From contig BLSG01000419.1 of NCBI GenBank assembly GCA_012862495.1, forward strand, positions 74,121-138,120: DNA of 64,000 bases, given 5' to 3'. A program made the translations under genes and the position numbers. The notes under the pieces are model-generated. The model saw nothing but the letters and a program-made list of their open reading frames with translations, ran no database searches and was not told where the DNA came from. Below, in pieces: positions 45,500 to 56,098 of this stretch. Every line of letters begins with the position of its first letter. The first letter of the stretch is position 1. The DNA is from Thraustochytrium aureum. Taxonomy: Eukaryota.

Positions 45500-45535
45500 T
45501 GCCTGCCTGCCTGCCTGCCTGCCTGCTTGCCTGCC
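45500..45535 (+). repeat. (GCCT)n microsatellite
   Basis: gcctgcctgcct run upstream of the O-FucT gene. Confidence 0.85.
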
Positions 45536-46351
45536 GCGCGGCGCGCACGGCGTGAATGGCGATGCGAATTTGCCTGGCGCCCGGGCCCGATGGCGCGTCC
45601 AGGAGATGGATAGGTACGATTGAAAAGAAAGACAGTGTCTGTCTGCGAACGCGTGTCAACGGTGCCGACTATTGTGTCGATCTGGTCCGCGGGGTCGAGC
45701 AGAGGAGCAATTGCGTCAGCCACGGTCAATCACAACGCCACGAAGCAAACGATCGTTTTTTTTGGTCTTGATTTGGAAAGCGTCCCAGGTCCCACACCTT
45801 GCGGCAAGTCATTCATCACATACGAGCAACGTAGGTGCTCTACTCAATCGTATCGGACGCTGCCGGGACGCCACCCGGCGGCAGGAGCGGTTGCGGCAGC
45901 AGCAGCTCTGCAGCAGCTGCAGCAGCTGCCGCGTACTGGCAGAATAGGAATCGCGTTTGCCGAGGAGAAAATGGAGATCCGCGGTCGTCCCGCAACTCGT
46001 CGACGAAAAATAACGGTAGATCGGATTTCGGATTTCGCTGGATCAGATAATGTGGATGGCATGGGAGGGAGGGTATGAAGTTCGAGCTTCAAAGATTTTC
46101 AATTCAAAATCAATCTTTTTCGTGGCGGGGATCGGCTGCAACGAAACTGCGCATGCGTTTGTTGCGCTCCAAGAGCCTCCAACTCCAAGGTCCGTGCCAT
46201 CCTGGCATCGTTCGGCGCGTTGAAGCGCGGGCAACGCCAATTGGACCGAACTGGGTTTGGAAAGGGTCAAGAAGTAAACTTGTTTTCCATGCAGAAGCGA
46301 CCGCAAGCTGCTAGTAGTACGAAGCCAGTGCCGCGGCAACCCCGGACTCGA

Positions 46352-47130
46352 TCAGTCCTCATCCTCGCTGTCGTCCTCCATCTCCATCTCGTCCACCTTT
46401 TGCTTGCCCCACTTGTCGGCCTCCAGGCGCACGTCTTTGGGCACGAGCTCAAACTGCCAGTTGGTGTCCTTGGAGATCCAGCCGGCCTCAAACTCAAACG
46501 GCTTGTCCTTGTCCTCCTCGCGGATGGTGTGGATGATGAACGCGATCTGTTTGAGCCCTTCCGCCACTGTCATGTTGGCTAGGTCGAGCTTCTCAATCTC
46601 GGTCTTGGCCGCCTGCTTGGCCTTTCCCACCGCGCACCCGCGGTACCGGTATTGCGTTCCTGCAGGGTCGACCATATGCAGGAAAGGCTCCTGGGCTTCG
46701 GCGTCGAAGGCTGCAATCATGGTGCAGAGGCCGAAAGGCCGGTACCCGCCGTACGTGGTGTAGGCGTGAAAGTAGTGTCCGAGGCGGTCGGCGAGGACCT
46801 GCGGCGGCATGTCGACACCATAATAATCCTCAAAGTTCTCCACCTCGTTGCGCGCCGCCGAGACGACAGCACGCCCGTCCGCCACGTAGCCAGTAAACGC
46901 GATGCCGGCGTGGTTTCCGACGGGGTGCACCCGCCGGCTGCTTCCGTCAACAAGCAGCTTGCTCATAACGAGCTTTTCTCAACGCCAAACACGACGCCGT
47001 CCTTGCACTTGAGCCCGAGCAGCGCGCCCGAGTTCTCCACCGCCTTGCCCGCGTAATCGATCTGGAACACGCGTCCGTCGGGCGAGTAGATATTGCATCC
47101 CAGGTCGTACCCGGACCCGACCGAGCTCAT
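46352..47130 (-). CDS. PSMA3: 20S proteasome subunit alpha-7 (PSMA3/PRE10); apparent frameshift at about 46975
   Basis: [10 protein letters not shown]...[59 protein letters not shown] and an acidic tail. Confidence 0.96.
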
Positions 47131-47205
47131 CTTGCCGCAGCGAGGCCCGCCCGCGGCGTACCCTGCCCTAGCGCGCTCTGCGCAGCGGTGCCACCGCCCA
47201 GCGCC

Positions 47206-47261
47206 TACCTGCCTTGCTTTCTGCCTGCCTCTCTGCCTGCCTGGCCGCCCGCTTGCCTGTG

Positions 47262-47293
<32 letters not shown>

Positions 47294-47295
47294 CA
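47206..47295 (+). repeat. (GCCT)n microsatellite
   Basis: Imperfect gcct run upstream of PSMA3. Confidence 0.85.
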
Positions 47296-47397
47296 ACCGC
47301 GCTGCGTGTCTGCTGCTGCCTGAGGCCCGCCGTTGCCCATTCGCTCACCTTCGCTCCAACACTCAAGACCAATCCCCGCACCCAAACCGCACGACAC

Positions 47398-47596
47398 TGT
47401 ATTGAATATCAATACTCAGAAACAGCAACGATGTTGCTTCTGTTCTTGAATCGTGATATTGAATATCAATACTAAGAAGCATAAGTGCCTTGTTCTTGTT
47501 CTTGAACCTACATCTTGAATATCAATACTAATATGGAAGTATCTTTTAATCCTTGACCTTTGGAAATTAAAGCGCCAAGTATCAATACTATCGTCG
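47398..47596 (+). repeat. AT-rich degenerate tandem repeat (period about 57 bp, core TTGAATATCAATACT), running into a gap
   Basis: Core at 47402, 47459 and 47515, with a partial copy at about 47580. Confidence 0.8.
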
Positions 47597-47969
47597 NNNN
47601 NNNNNNNNNNNNNNNNNNNNNNNNNNNNNNNNNNNNNNNNNNNNNNNNNNNNNNNNNNNNNNNNNNNNNNNNNNNNNNNNNNNNNNNNNNNNNNNNNNNN
47701 NNNNNNNNNNNNNNNNNNNNNNNNNGAATAGAGAGAACGTGAAGAACAAATGTCTTCTGTTCTGAAGTGGATGCAGAGCCGCTTCGCACCTCAGCTTAGG
47801 GTGGGCTCGTTGCGGACCTGCTGCTGCTTGCTGCTGCTGCTGCTGCTGCTGCAAGCTACGTACGGCGGTGCAGGGGAATCGCTGTCGAGTCGAGCGCATC
47901 GGCGGCCTTGGTGGTTGAACGGGCTCTGCGGGCTCGGTTTGAGCTGCTTTGCTTGGTCGCGAGAACGGG

Positions 47970-48467
47970 ATGCTGCCCACGAGGCGCTCGCGGCGATGGC
48001 CGTGCTGGGCGAGCAAGTCCAAGCTTATGGCGACGTTGCTCGGGATTACAATCTTGTACAACATTGTCCTGCGCAACGTCATGACCACTGCGCTTTTGAA
48101 CGAGTCGCAGGTTCCACGCAAAGTCTACTCGATCAGCATCCAGCATAGCCACTTGGCAAACTCGCGGGCCGAGCCTGGCAACCAGGCTCAGGGCGACGGT
48201 ACTGCTTCTGCGGCTGAAGGCGCCCCGGATGACGTTGAACTCATTCTGATTGAAGATGAGGATGAGGACGAGGACGAGGCCGATTCCACTAGCGCAAGCA
48301 CTGGCGTCAACACCGACGCAGAGCCGTACGCGCGCGGCGAAAGCCCGGACGACCGCTCTATCAACGAGTCCACAGACCTGAAAGCAGGAAGAAATGGACC
48401 GAGCAGCGCGCGCTTGGATACAGAACGGGCCGCTCAGGTTTTGTCTGCCAGCAAGGTCCATGAACGA

Positions 48468-48500
<33 letters not shown>

Positions 48501-51347
48501 GAGGAGGAGGAAGAGCCAGAGAAAGATACCACTAGCGACTCGGAGGGGGCCGAGCCCCAAGCCAAAGTCCGAGCCGAACCCGACGTCGGCGAAGCCGGGC
48601 AAGCAGCAGAAATCAGGGACGCAGCACAAGCACACTTCGAAATGCCAATCGAGCTCATGAACCAAGACCCAACCCGGACGCGTGTAGCGAAGAGCCCCGC
48701 AGCGCACTTCGCAATGCCAATCGAGCTGGTAAATCTCCAAACCAGGCAGTCGCCAGAAGCGAACCCCCCCCCGGCCCTCTTCGAGATGCCGCTCGAGCTG
48801 ATTCACGCGGTGGCCGGTCAGCGCACGAACGACCTGCCACTTGATGCGGGTGTCGAAGAAGGTGACGACTTCGACGAGGACGGCGAGGATGCGGATGAGG
48901 AGGCCGGCGAACAAGCAGACGCTCAGGGCTCCTCCTTCGCGCACTCGAGCCAGAGCGACCTCGAGCGCCTTTTGCTCCACACACTCCAAAACAAGGCAAA
49001 CGCAGAGAGGCCATTCGTCGGTGGAGATGAGGATATCAACGAGCTTCAGTCTGCCAGATGCAAGGAGATCCTCTCTCAGGGTGCCTGCGAAGAAGTAACG
49101 CACTGTCACTGGAGGGCGGACTTGCGAACGTGCCGCACGCAGCCGTGGGCCATGACCTGCGACATGACACAGCTGAAATCCACATGCCTCAAGATCCCAA
49201 ACTGCTTTTGGGCGACCAAGTCGAAAACGCGCGGAAAATTCTGCATCGAGCGGGACGCAGATGATGTGCAGTCTACCGCTGGCGAGGACGCTGAGAGCGA
49301 AACTGACTTGGAAGCCGAGGACGGCAACGCAGTTGGCCTCGCCGAGACGGATGCGCAAGACAACGGCCAAAATGTGCAGCAAGTCTGCAAGGTCATCGCG
49401 TCAAAAGACGAGTGTGAAGCAAGCGAACGCTGCTTTTGGAGTAGAGAGACGCGCACTTGCCGGACCGAGTTGTGGGCCATGACATGCTCGATGACCCAGG
49501 TGAAATCGACGTGCTTGCGCATCGAAGGGTGCAGGTGGGCCTCCAAGTCCAAGCCCAAGGGCAAGTACTGCCGGCAGGTCTCCCCCACAGGCCTCTCGCA
49601 AAGCACGGAGGAAGGGCAGCAGGACGGTGCCCGAGGCGGCGACGAGAGCGATGACGAGGTCCCGGCTTCGGAGGGCGCGAGCAAAGTGCAAACGCATCAG
49701 CTCCAAGAGCCCTTGCGAGCTGCGGGACGAGTGCTACTGGAGCGAGGACGGCAAAGGGTGCAAGATGCACCTTTGGGCAATGACCTGCTCCATGACGCAG
49801 CTCAAAGCGACGTGTCTGCAGATCGCCAACTGTACCTGGGCGCCGCCAACGAGCAAGCGCGCCAAGGGCCGGTACTGCATCCCCACGGCCGAGGTTGCAG
49901 CGGTCGCCGCTGCGGTCTCAGGTGCTGCGGAAGCAGAAATAGCCGAGCTGGGGCAGCTCGCCGGCGCATCCGAGGAAACCGAAGAGCTCGACGCTGCAGA
50001 GCTTGCCAACGAGCCCGAAGACGATGGCACCAGCGACCGCGTCTCGGTCCGCATCGGCGAGAAAGTTCTGAATTTGTGGCGATGCAAAAACCTCGCGATT
50101 GAGGCCCAGTGCACCGCCTTTGCGCATTGCTCGTGGGGCACGAGCGGGTGCAGGACCAAGGAGGCGTTCTTGCCGTGCAGCGCCACTTCGCTCAAGTCGA
50201 AGTGCGAGACGATGCCGCATTGCCTCTGGACTGCCAAGTCCAAGGCCCGTGGCAAGTTCTGCTTCGACTCGTACTTTCTGGACAACCCGGAAGAGCTCGA
50301 GACGAAATGCACCAAGATCAAGACCCAGGCCTCGTGCGATGCTCAGGTCGCTTGCGAATGGCGCTCCAGCTCGAAGACGAAGGGCCGCTTCTGTGAACGC
50401 CAAGTAAGCCTGGCAAGAGCGCAGATCGAGCTAGCTCAGGTGTTTCCCGCCCCAGAGCGTGGCCTGCTGCAGAACCGCGACAGCAACCTGACGCGCGTCG
50501 CGCTTGGCCACGATCCGACCACGGACCCTGACAGAGTGGGCTGCCCAAAGAGCCAGGAGTGCCAGAGCTCAGAGGCGCTCGCCGCCAAGCTCGGCGTCGA
50601 CACCGCGCTTCTTGCGAAGGCAACCTCCTACCGGCAGCACGCTTGCTGCGAGCTTCACGGCGATTACGTCAAGATGCTCGACGCGATCTCGAGGCACTTT
50701 GCGGCCAGCCAATTTTCGAGCTGGTGGGTCGACAAGCTGCTCTCATGGGCCAAGTGCGATTCGACGGACTCATGCCTCCATGGATGAAGACTGCAGCCAT
50801 AAGTGTCTTGGCCAAGTCGTCGCGGATGGTTCGCGATCTCATGGACAAGTTCAACGAGGGGTTTGTCTACCGCCCTTTCTCAATCAGGGCGTGCGGCCCG
50901 AGCACGAGCAAGCCAGGGTCCGTATCGTGCCGGTCGCTGCAAAAGTTCTCGTCCAAGCGTAAACTGCTCTACTACACCATGTCACATATGGACGACGAGG
51001 AAGGCCCCGAGCTTCACATTTACCCGCGCATTGTGGCGCGCACGGACAAGAGATGCGTGTACTTGAGCGACGGCAAGCCTGTTCCGCTCGCGCTCGTCTC
51101 GCCGACAGTGGCTTGCCCGCACCAAGTGTACGGAGCGGCGGTCCGGTGCCCGGCCTTCACGCTGGCATACTTGGACCTCAAGTACGCCGCAGATTGGCGA
51201 ACGGATCCCTTTGTGCGCCAGCAGTCGCCAGCGCCAGATTGGATCTCGCAAGCTGCGTCAACCGTCCAGGCCGAGGAGGTCACGCCGTCGTCGCCCATGC
51301 ACACCAAGCTGTTCTGGCTACGCCGCCACCACTGCCCAACGCCGTGA
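47970..51347 (+). CDS. Large type II membrane protein: TM anchor, acidic stem, tandem Cys/Trp repeats, C-terminal LicD/fukutin-like domain; apparent frameshifts near 49670 and 50730
   Basis: N-terminal TM (LMATLLGITILYNIVL); repeated C-x8-C-x5-C-x-W...C modules; WWVD..ALMGQVRFDGLMPPW and YLDLKYAADWRT resemble LicD motifs. Confidence 0.7.
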
Positions 51348-51652
51348 GCGGCTTGGCGTACCAAGTGGGGCTAGCCCGTCAAGCCCTGGTTGACGTGGAG
51401 CGGGCAGGCATTCGAGCTTGGCCCTTCCGGGCCTGCCGCTAGCGTGCCCTTCCGGCCCTACCGCGTAAGCGCTCGGCTCCCAAGCCCATAACGTATAGTG
51501 GAATAAAGCGAGCAAATCGTTTTCAGTTGTCTGCGTGGTTGTGCGCCAAGCCGCCCGCGTGGTTGGCTGCCTGGCTGCCTGCAACATGCATTTAATCACG
51601 ATCACAAACGTGTCGGCGCAGGCCAAAGAGCCAGTTGCGCATTGGCCGGGCC

Positions 51653-52252
51653 TCAAACCGCATTGTCAGCGCAGCGCATCGTCGGCCTCTTCCGCTTGCG
51701 GCGGCGCGTGTCGCACGTCGCGAGCTTGGCGAACGCGGCTCTGCCAAGCGCATCCTTCGCGAGGGCGAAGAAAACGCCGCCGAGCGATTTGCGTCTCGAC
51801 CCGTCGCTGACAAACATGCCCCCGTCTTTGTCGGCTTGGATCGCGTCCTGCGCAAGCCGCTTTGCACGGGCCGCGCCCAACGCACCGACTACGTCGAGGA
51901 CAAAGGCTGTGTTGGGTTCGTGCAGCAGCCGTCCCACGGCCAAAGCGCAAGCCTTGCGCTCGTCCTCCGAATCTCCTCCCTTCCCAGCGTCTTCGCCACC
52001 GTTTCCAGTGCCGTCTTCGCCACCGTCGGCCCCGTCGCGCCCCGCGGGGAGCTCGTCCGCAGCGGCGGGGACCGCCGTGGCGGGGGCAGCGGTGGACTCG
52101 ACATGGTCGGGCTCGTTCGCGAGCGCCTTCTCGAGTCGGCCAATCTCCTCCTCGAGCGCCTCCTCCGACCACTCCTGGAGGCTGCTGTCCTCCTCGTCTG
52201 GCGGCGGGCAGCGCGCGCGCTTGCGACCGAGGGAGCCGCTCTCGAGCACCAT
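51653..52252 (-). CDS. PHAX: PHAX RNA-binding-domain protein (snRNA export adaptor)
   Basis: LHEPN..FV.DVV.ALG...GGMFVSDGSRRKSLGGVFFALAK. Confidence 0.85.
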   Translation of the reverse strand: MVLESGSLGRKRARCPPPDEEDSSLQEWSEEALEEEIGRLEKALANEPDHVESTAAPATAVPAAADELPAGRDGADGGEDGTGNGGEDAGKGGDSEDERKACALAVGRLLHEPNTAFVLDVVGALGAARAKRLAQDAIQADKDGGMFVSDGSRRKSLGGVFFALAKDALGRAAFAKLATCDTRRRKRKRPTMRCADNAV

Positions 52253-52317
52253 CGCGACGATCGTCAGCTGGATGGATTGACGCACAAACTTTCAAAAAAA
52301 AAGGCGAAAAACCTCCC

Positions 52318-52361
52318 GCGTGCGACTCGCTTGCGTGCGACTCGCTTGCGCGCGACTCGCG
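52318..52361 (+). repeat. 15-bp tandem repeat x3
   Basis: GCG(T/C)GCGACTCGCTT. Confidence 0.8.
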
Positions 52362-52622
52362 TGGAACAAGCGCTCGGCAGTCTTGGAATGTGCGGCTTGG
52401 CTTGGCGCGCGCGGCGCGGGGCAGGGCAGGGAGCAAGGAAGGAGGCGAGCGCGCGCCCTTCACTCGCCGCAGCTGGACCCTTTGAGACTGACGCGGTTTT
52501 TTTTCGCCGTCAACGCGCTTGTCTCTGCCGCGCGGCGACGCTAGTCTGGCCGGTGGCCTGAAGGTGAGGCCCGCGCGCCGTCGTCGACGCCGTTGCCGGC
52601 TTGCGCGCCCTGTGCCTTGGCC

Positions 52623-54149
52623 TCACGAATGGAGCGCCGAGAGGTCCGCGACTTCTGGGTGCATGTCGGCGTTCCGAGGCCTCCCGTAGCCCCAAAGCCG
52701 GTCAATGCTCGCGTGCTGCCGAAACCCTCCGCCCAATACCTCGCGGCGGCCCCGCACGATTCCAGGAAGCGTGCGCGAGCCAGTGACCGCGATCTCCTCC
52801 TCCAAATAATGCGCTACTTCCTCCGGAAAGTCGTCTGCAGTCACGCTCGTCGTGGACAAAAGCACAGTGACCTTGGCTGGCGGTCCGCGGCCACGGTGCT
52901 GGCGAAGCGAACTGATACGCTCCGCAGCGTCCCTTTGCCACGCTGCCTCGCGGGCTTGCCGTTGCTGTCGCAGGGTATCTTTGCTGCGCCGCAGCCGCTC
53001 AACGGCCCTGCGCTTTGCATCCAACTCGACGTTTTGCAAGGCGCGGTGCACTGCCTTGTTTTGCATCCAGCGCTGCTCGCGGATTTGGCGCGCTCGCTCC
53101 CGCTGTCGCTCTTCGCGCAACAGGGCCTGTTCCCTTATTTGGACGTCCAGCTCCTTGTTTGCACGTAGATTCTGCAGCGCTTTCTCGCGGTGTTCTTGAA
53201 TATACTCGGCTCGTACAACAGCGCACGCCGTTCTGGCGGCCCGCTTGTCGAGCTCGCCAAACAACGGCGCGTCGTCCGTCTCGTCGCCGCTCGGTTCGTC
53301 CTCCGTCGTCGCCTTGCCTCCGTCTCGCTTCGCGCCTCGCGCTGCATTTGGAGCTTGGCCCTGATGAGCGGCTGCTGCGACGACCTCGCGTAAAGCCTGG
53401 GCCAAAGGCCCGAATTCGGCGTCCTCGTCTGCGCTTCCAAAGGCGAGGCTGTGCTCGGCAATACCATCCGCGTCGGGGCCGCGGCCGTGCGCGGCTCGCC
53501 TTGCCCTGCTCAGCGCAGCAAGCGAATGGCCGTCGCTAAGTTGGCTCAGATGCGGAAGCGAGCTGGACCGTTCAGGCCCGTTTGAGCTGCGGCGGCGTCC
53601 GTTCTCCACGGCCAGCGCAGCTGCTGCAAGGCGCTCCTTCTCGTTCCGCCCGAGGCCCTCGAAAAGCTCCGGGGCAGACCGCTGCAAAGATAGAGCGCCG
53701 CTTGTTGATGGCCTCCGCATTGCTTCCTGGCCTCCGAGGAGCTCCGCAACGAGAGCGCTCCGACGGCGCGGGACTCGAACAGACTCTGGCCGAGGAGCGG
53801 TGTCCGCGACCTCCCTGCACTTGAGACGCCAAGAGACGGTCGACATGCCCAACGAGGTCGCAGGTCGAGAGAGCTGCTCCGGTTGGCTCGCTTCTGACCT
53901 GGGCCCAGGCGGAGGGAGGAGCAGCGCTTCAGCGCGCCGCTGAGCGTCCCTTGCGCCGACGTCAAACCTGCAGGCGCGGCCATCTACGAACGCGCTCGCG
54001 ATAGGTTTCTCGGTCAGAAACACGAGGTTGTTGCGGCTCTGGGTCGATCGTCCGCAGTGCGTCTCATGCCGCCCGTCGGCGCGTTCAAACGCGGCCTTCG
54101 CTTCCCTGTGCGCCTCGACTGGGTCAACCAGCGCAGCAATGTTATCCAT
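52623..54149 (-). CDS. Hypothetical protein with C-terminal coiled coil
   Basis: ORF of more than 500 codons with R/E/Q-rich helices; no family recognised. Confidence 0.65.
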   Translation of the reverse strand: MDNIAALVDPVEAHREAKAAFERADGRHETHCGRSTQSRNNLVFLTEKPIASAFVDGRACRFDVGARDAQRRAEALLLPPPGPRSEASQPEQLSRPATSLGMSTVSWRLKCREVADTAPRPESVRVPRRRSALVAELLGGQEAMRRPSTSGALSLQRSAPELFEGLGRNEKERLAAAALAVENGRRRSSNGPERSSSLPHLSQLSDGHSLAALSRARRAAHGRGPDADGIAEHSLAFGSADEDAEFGPLAQALREVVAAAAHQGQAPNAARGAKRDGGKATTEDEPSGDETDDAPLFGELDKRAARTACAVVRAEYIQEHREKALQNLRANKELDVQIREQALLREERQRERARQIREQRWMQNKAVHRALQNVELDAKRRAVERLRRSKDTLRQQRQAREAAWQRDAAERISSLRQHRGRGPPAKVTVLLSTTSVTADDFPEEVAHYLEEEIAVTGSRTLPGIVRGRREVLGGGFRQHASIDRLWGYGRPRNADMHPEVADLSALHS

Positions 54150-54694
54150 TTCGCGCGCACCCACACCTCTCGGCAAGGCGGGCCTGTCAAGAGAGCTTTT
54201 GGAGATCAGCGAGCGGTCCACGGCCGTCTAGGGCCTGGCCGCCCTGGGCGATCGATCCGCGTCTATGGACGCATCTCGCTCGCATCGCGCGGAATGAATT
54301 CAGGCTGTCAATAAATCCGTTGCCCGACAGGGGAGGGATCGATCTCGTTGGATGTGGACTCGGAGTTGCCCATGCGGTCTCCACGTCACCCAGGCCGCTC
54401 GCTGACGAGCTGCGCTGTGGGCTGGCGCGCCTGCCTGGAGCATGGAAGAAGCTGGAGCGCTGGTACTTGGCCTTCTTCAAGTTGGACGAAAATGTGTGCA
54501 TGCTGTATCGTGCGAGTGATGGATCTCAAGTTGGACTGCCGCCACGCCCGCGCTCTTGGATCTAGCGTTTTGATGGGCAAGCCCTGGTCCAGGGCCGACC
54601 TCTCGCAGTTGCGCTTTGGCAAGGCGCGCGAAACGCCAGAGCCTCGTTGCATCCCAACCTGAAGGAGAAACGAGCGCTGCCTCGGGCCGAAGCC

Positions 54695-55752
54695 ATGGCG
54701 AGCGTCGCAGGCGAAGACCGCAGCGCCCACGAGCGGTTGTGGGCTATTTTCACCCACTATGCCCTTGCTGGCAACCCGATGCAGCCAAACTTGATGCGGA
54801 GCGACCAGTTCATTCGTTTCGCTGAGGACTGCGGCGCCATCGGCGAGGCAAATACACGAATCGTGCGCGCCGACGTCGCCGTAATCGTCTGCAGCGAAGC
54901 CGCCAAGCAAATGTCGCAAGCCGGGGTCGCCCCAAAGCGCGTCCTCTCCTATCATGGGTTCCTGAGCGCGGTGATGCGGCTTGCGGGCAAGGTGTACCCC
55001 AAAGCCGGCGGGCTCGACGCGTCAATGCGCCAGTTTCTGGAATCGCACGTGTTTCCCCGCGCCCGGACACGAACTTTGCAAGACATATCGGTCGAGATGG
55101 CGGACGACGGGGTGCGCCGCCTTCTGCAAAGGTTTGATGTCCCCCTGAGCCTTATTTTCCGTCATTACGCTACTGCGCTGCAGCGCAAGCGTCGATCGAT
55201 TGGCGCAGGCGTCATTGCCGAGGACGCGTCGAGTGCAAGCTCCGCGGCAGCTGGGGGCCAAAACCAATGCGGGACGCCTTGCGATTCGACGACTTTGTCG
55301 CATTCACCAAAGACTTTGGGATCTCCACGAGCTCTCTTCTTCCGACGTCCGCCATTGCAAAGGCGTTTTTGAGCTCGATTGACAACCACGCGTTTCACAA
55401 GTGCGTGCCAAAGCTCGGTTTTGAAGAGTTTAAGGCCGCCATCGTGCGCTGCTCCGCCACGCTTGGGAAGGCCACCCCGCCCGGGTCGACCCACGAGGAC
55501 AAGCTCAAGGCGTTGTTCCTTGTTATTTGGCGAACCGCCCACCAAGTTGGCCACCTTACGAACGTGATCGAGTCGCACCTCAGCAAGTCGAGCAACTCGG
55601 CAGACCTCCTCGCTGGCACCATGGCGTTCAACAACAAGTTTTGCGAGCTCTGGAAGGCCGACGGCCATCGCGACTACATGTCGCCCCCGAAGCTCGCGGA
55701 GCCCGACGCCTTTGCGTTCATCACGAGCATTTGCTTGGAAGGCGTGCGTTGA
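54695..55752 (+). CDS. Protein with two p25-alpha/EF-hand-like helical repeats; apparent frameshift near 55260
   Basis: IFTHYA...MRSDQFIRFAEDCG...LSYHGFLSAVMRLA, then IFRHYA...LRFDDFVAFTKDFGI...LGFEEFKAAIVRC. Confidence 0.6.
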
Positions 55753-56098
55753 GACTGGGGGAACGGGCCGCTCGCCTTCGCCCGCCCGCGAGGGTCTCCT
55801 CGCCAGGGCAGCGGTGGGCCTAGGCGAGCCTGCGAAAACTATTTCAGGTTGCTTGTGCACGCAGATCACGCCAACCACGTGGAGCGGATCACGACTATAA
55901 AGCAGCAAGAACCTTTTCACATTACTCTACACTGTAGTTCACTTGCACCGTGCTTACCAACCTGGCGAATGCGCGCTTCTGGCTGTCAATGCCACGATTC
56001 TCCGGCTCGTTCAAGCGGGCGCGCTCGGGCTTTCAACTGAGTCCAACGCAAGCCGTAGCATCGCTACATGACGACGCAGCAACCGCCTCCGCCCGAGT

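Noticed and set aside
46960..46985. Pseudogenisation or programmed frameshifting in PSMA3, and likewise in RPN3, SLC35B2, UreD, CEP164 and the ASCH gene
   Set aside because: Small indels, often at short homopolymers, occur in many unrelated and essential genes of a gap-rich draft. Sequencing error is the simplest explanation; raw reads or RNA-seq would confirm.
47398..47596. CRISPR-like appearance (conserved 15-bp core with ~42-bp intervals)
   Set aside because: The core is too short, the intervals resemble each other (GTTCTTGAA), there are no cas genes and the context is eukaryotic. It is a degenerate tandem repeat.
47856..49382. Long antisense ORFs opposite real genes (also 458-1531, 24545-26122, 43720-44838)
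   Set aside because: Shadow ORFs are expected from high GC and codon bias, and these show no motifs.
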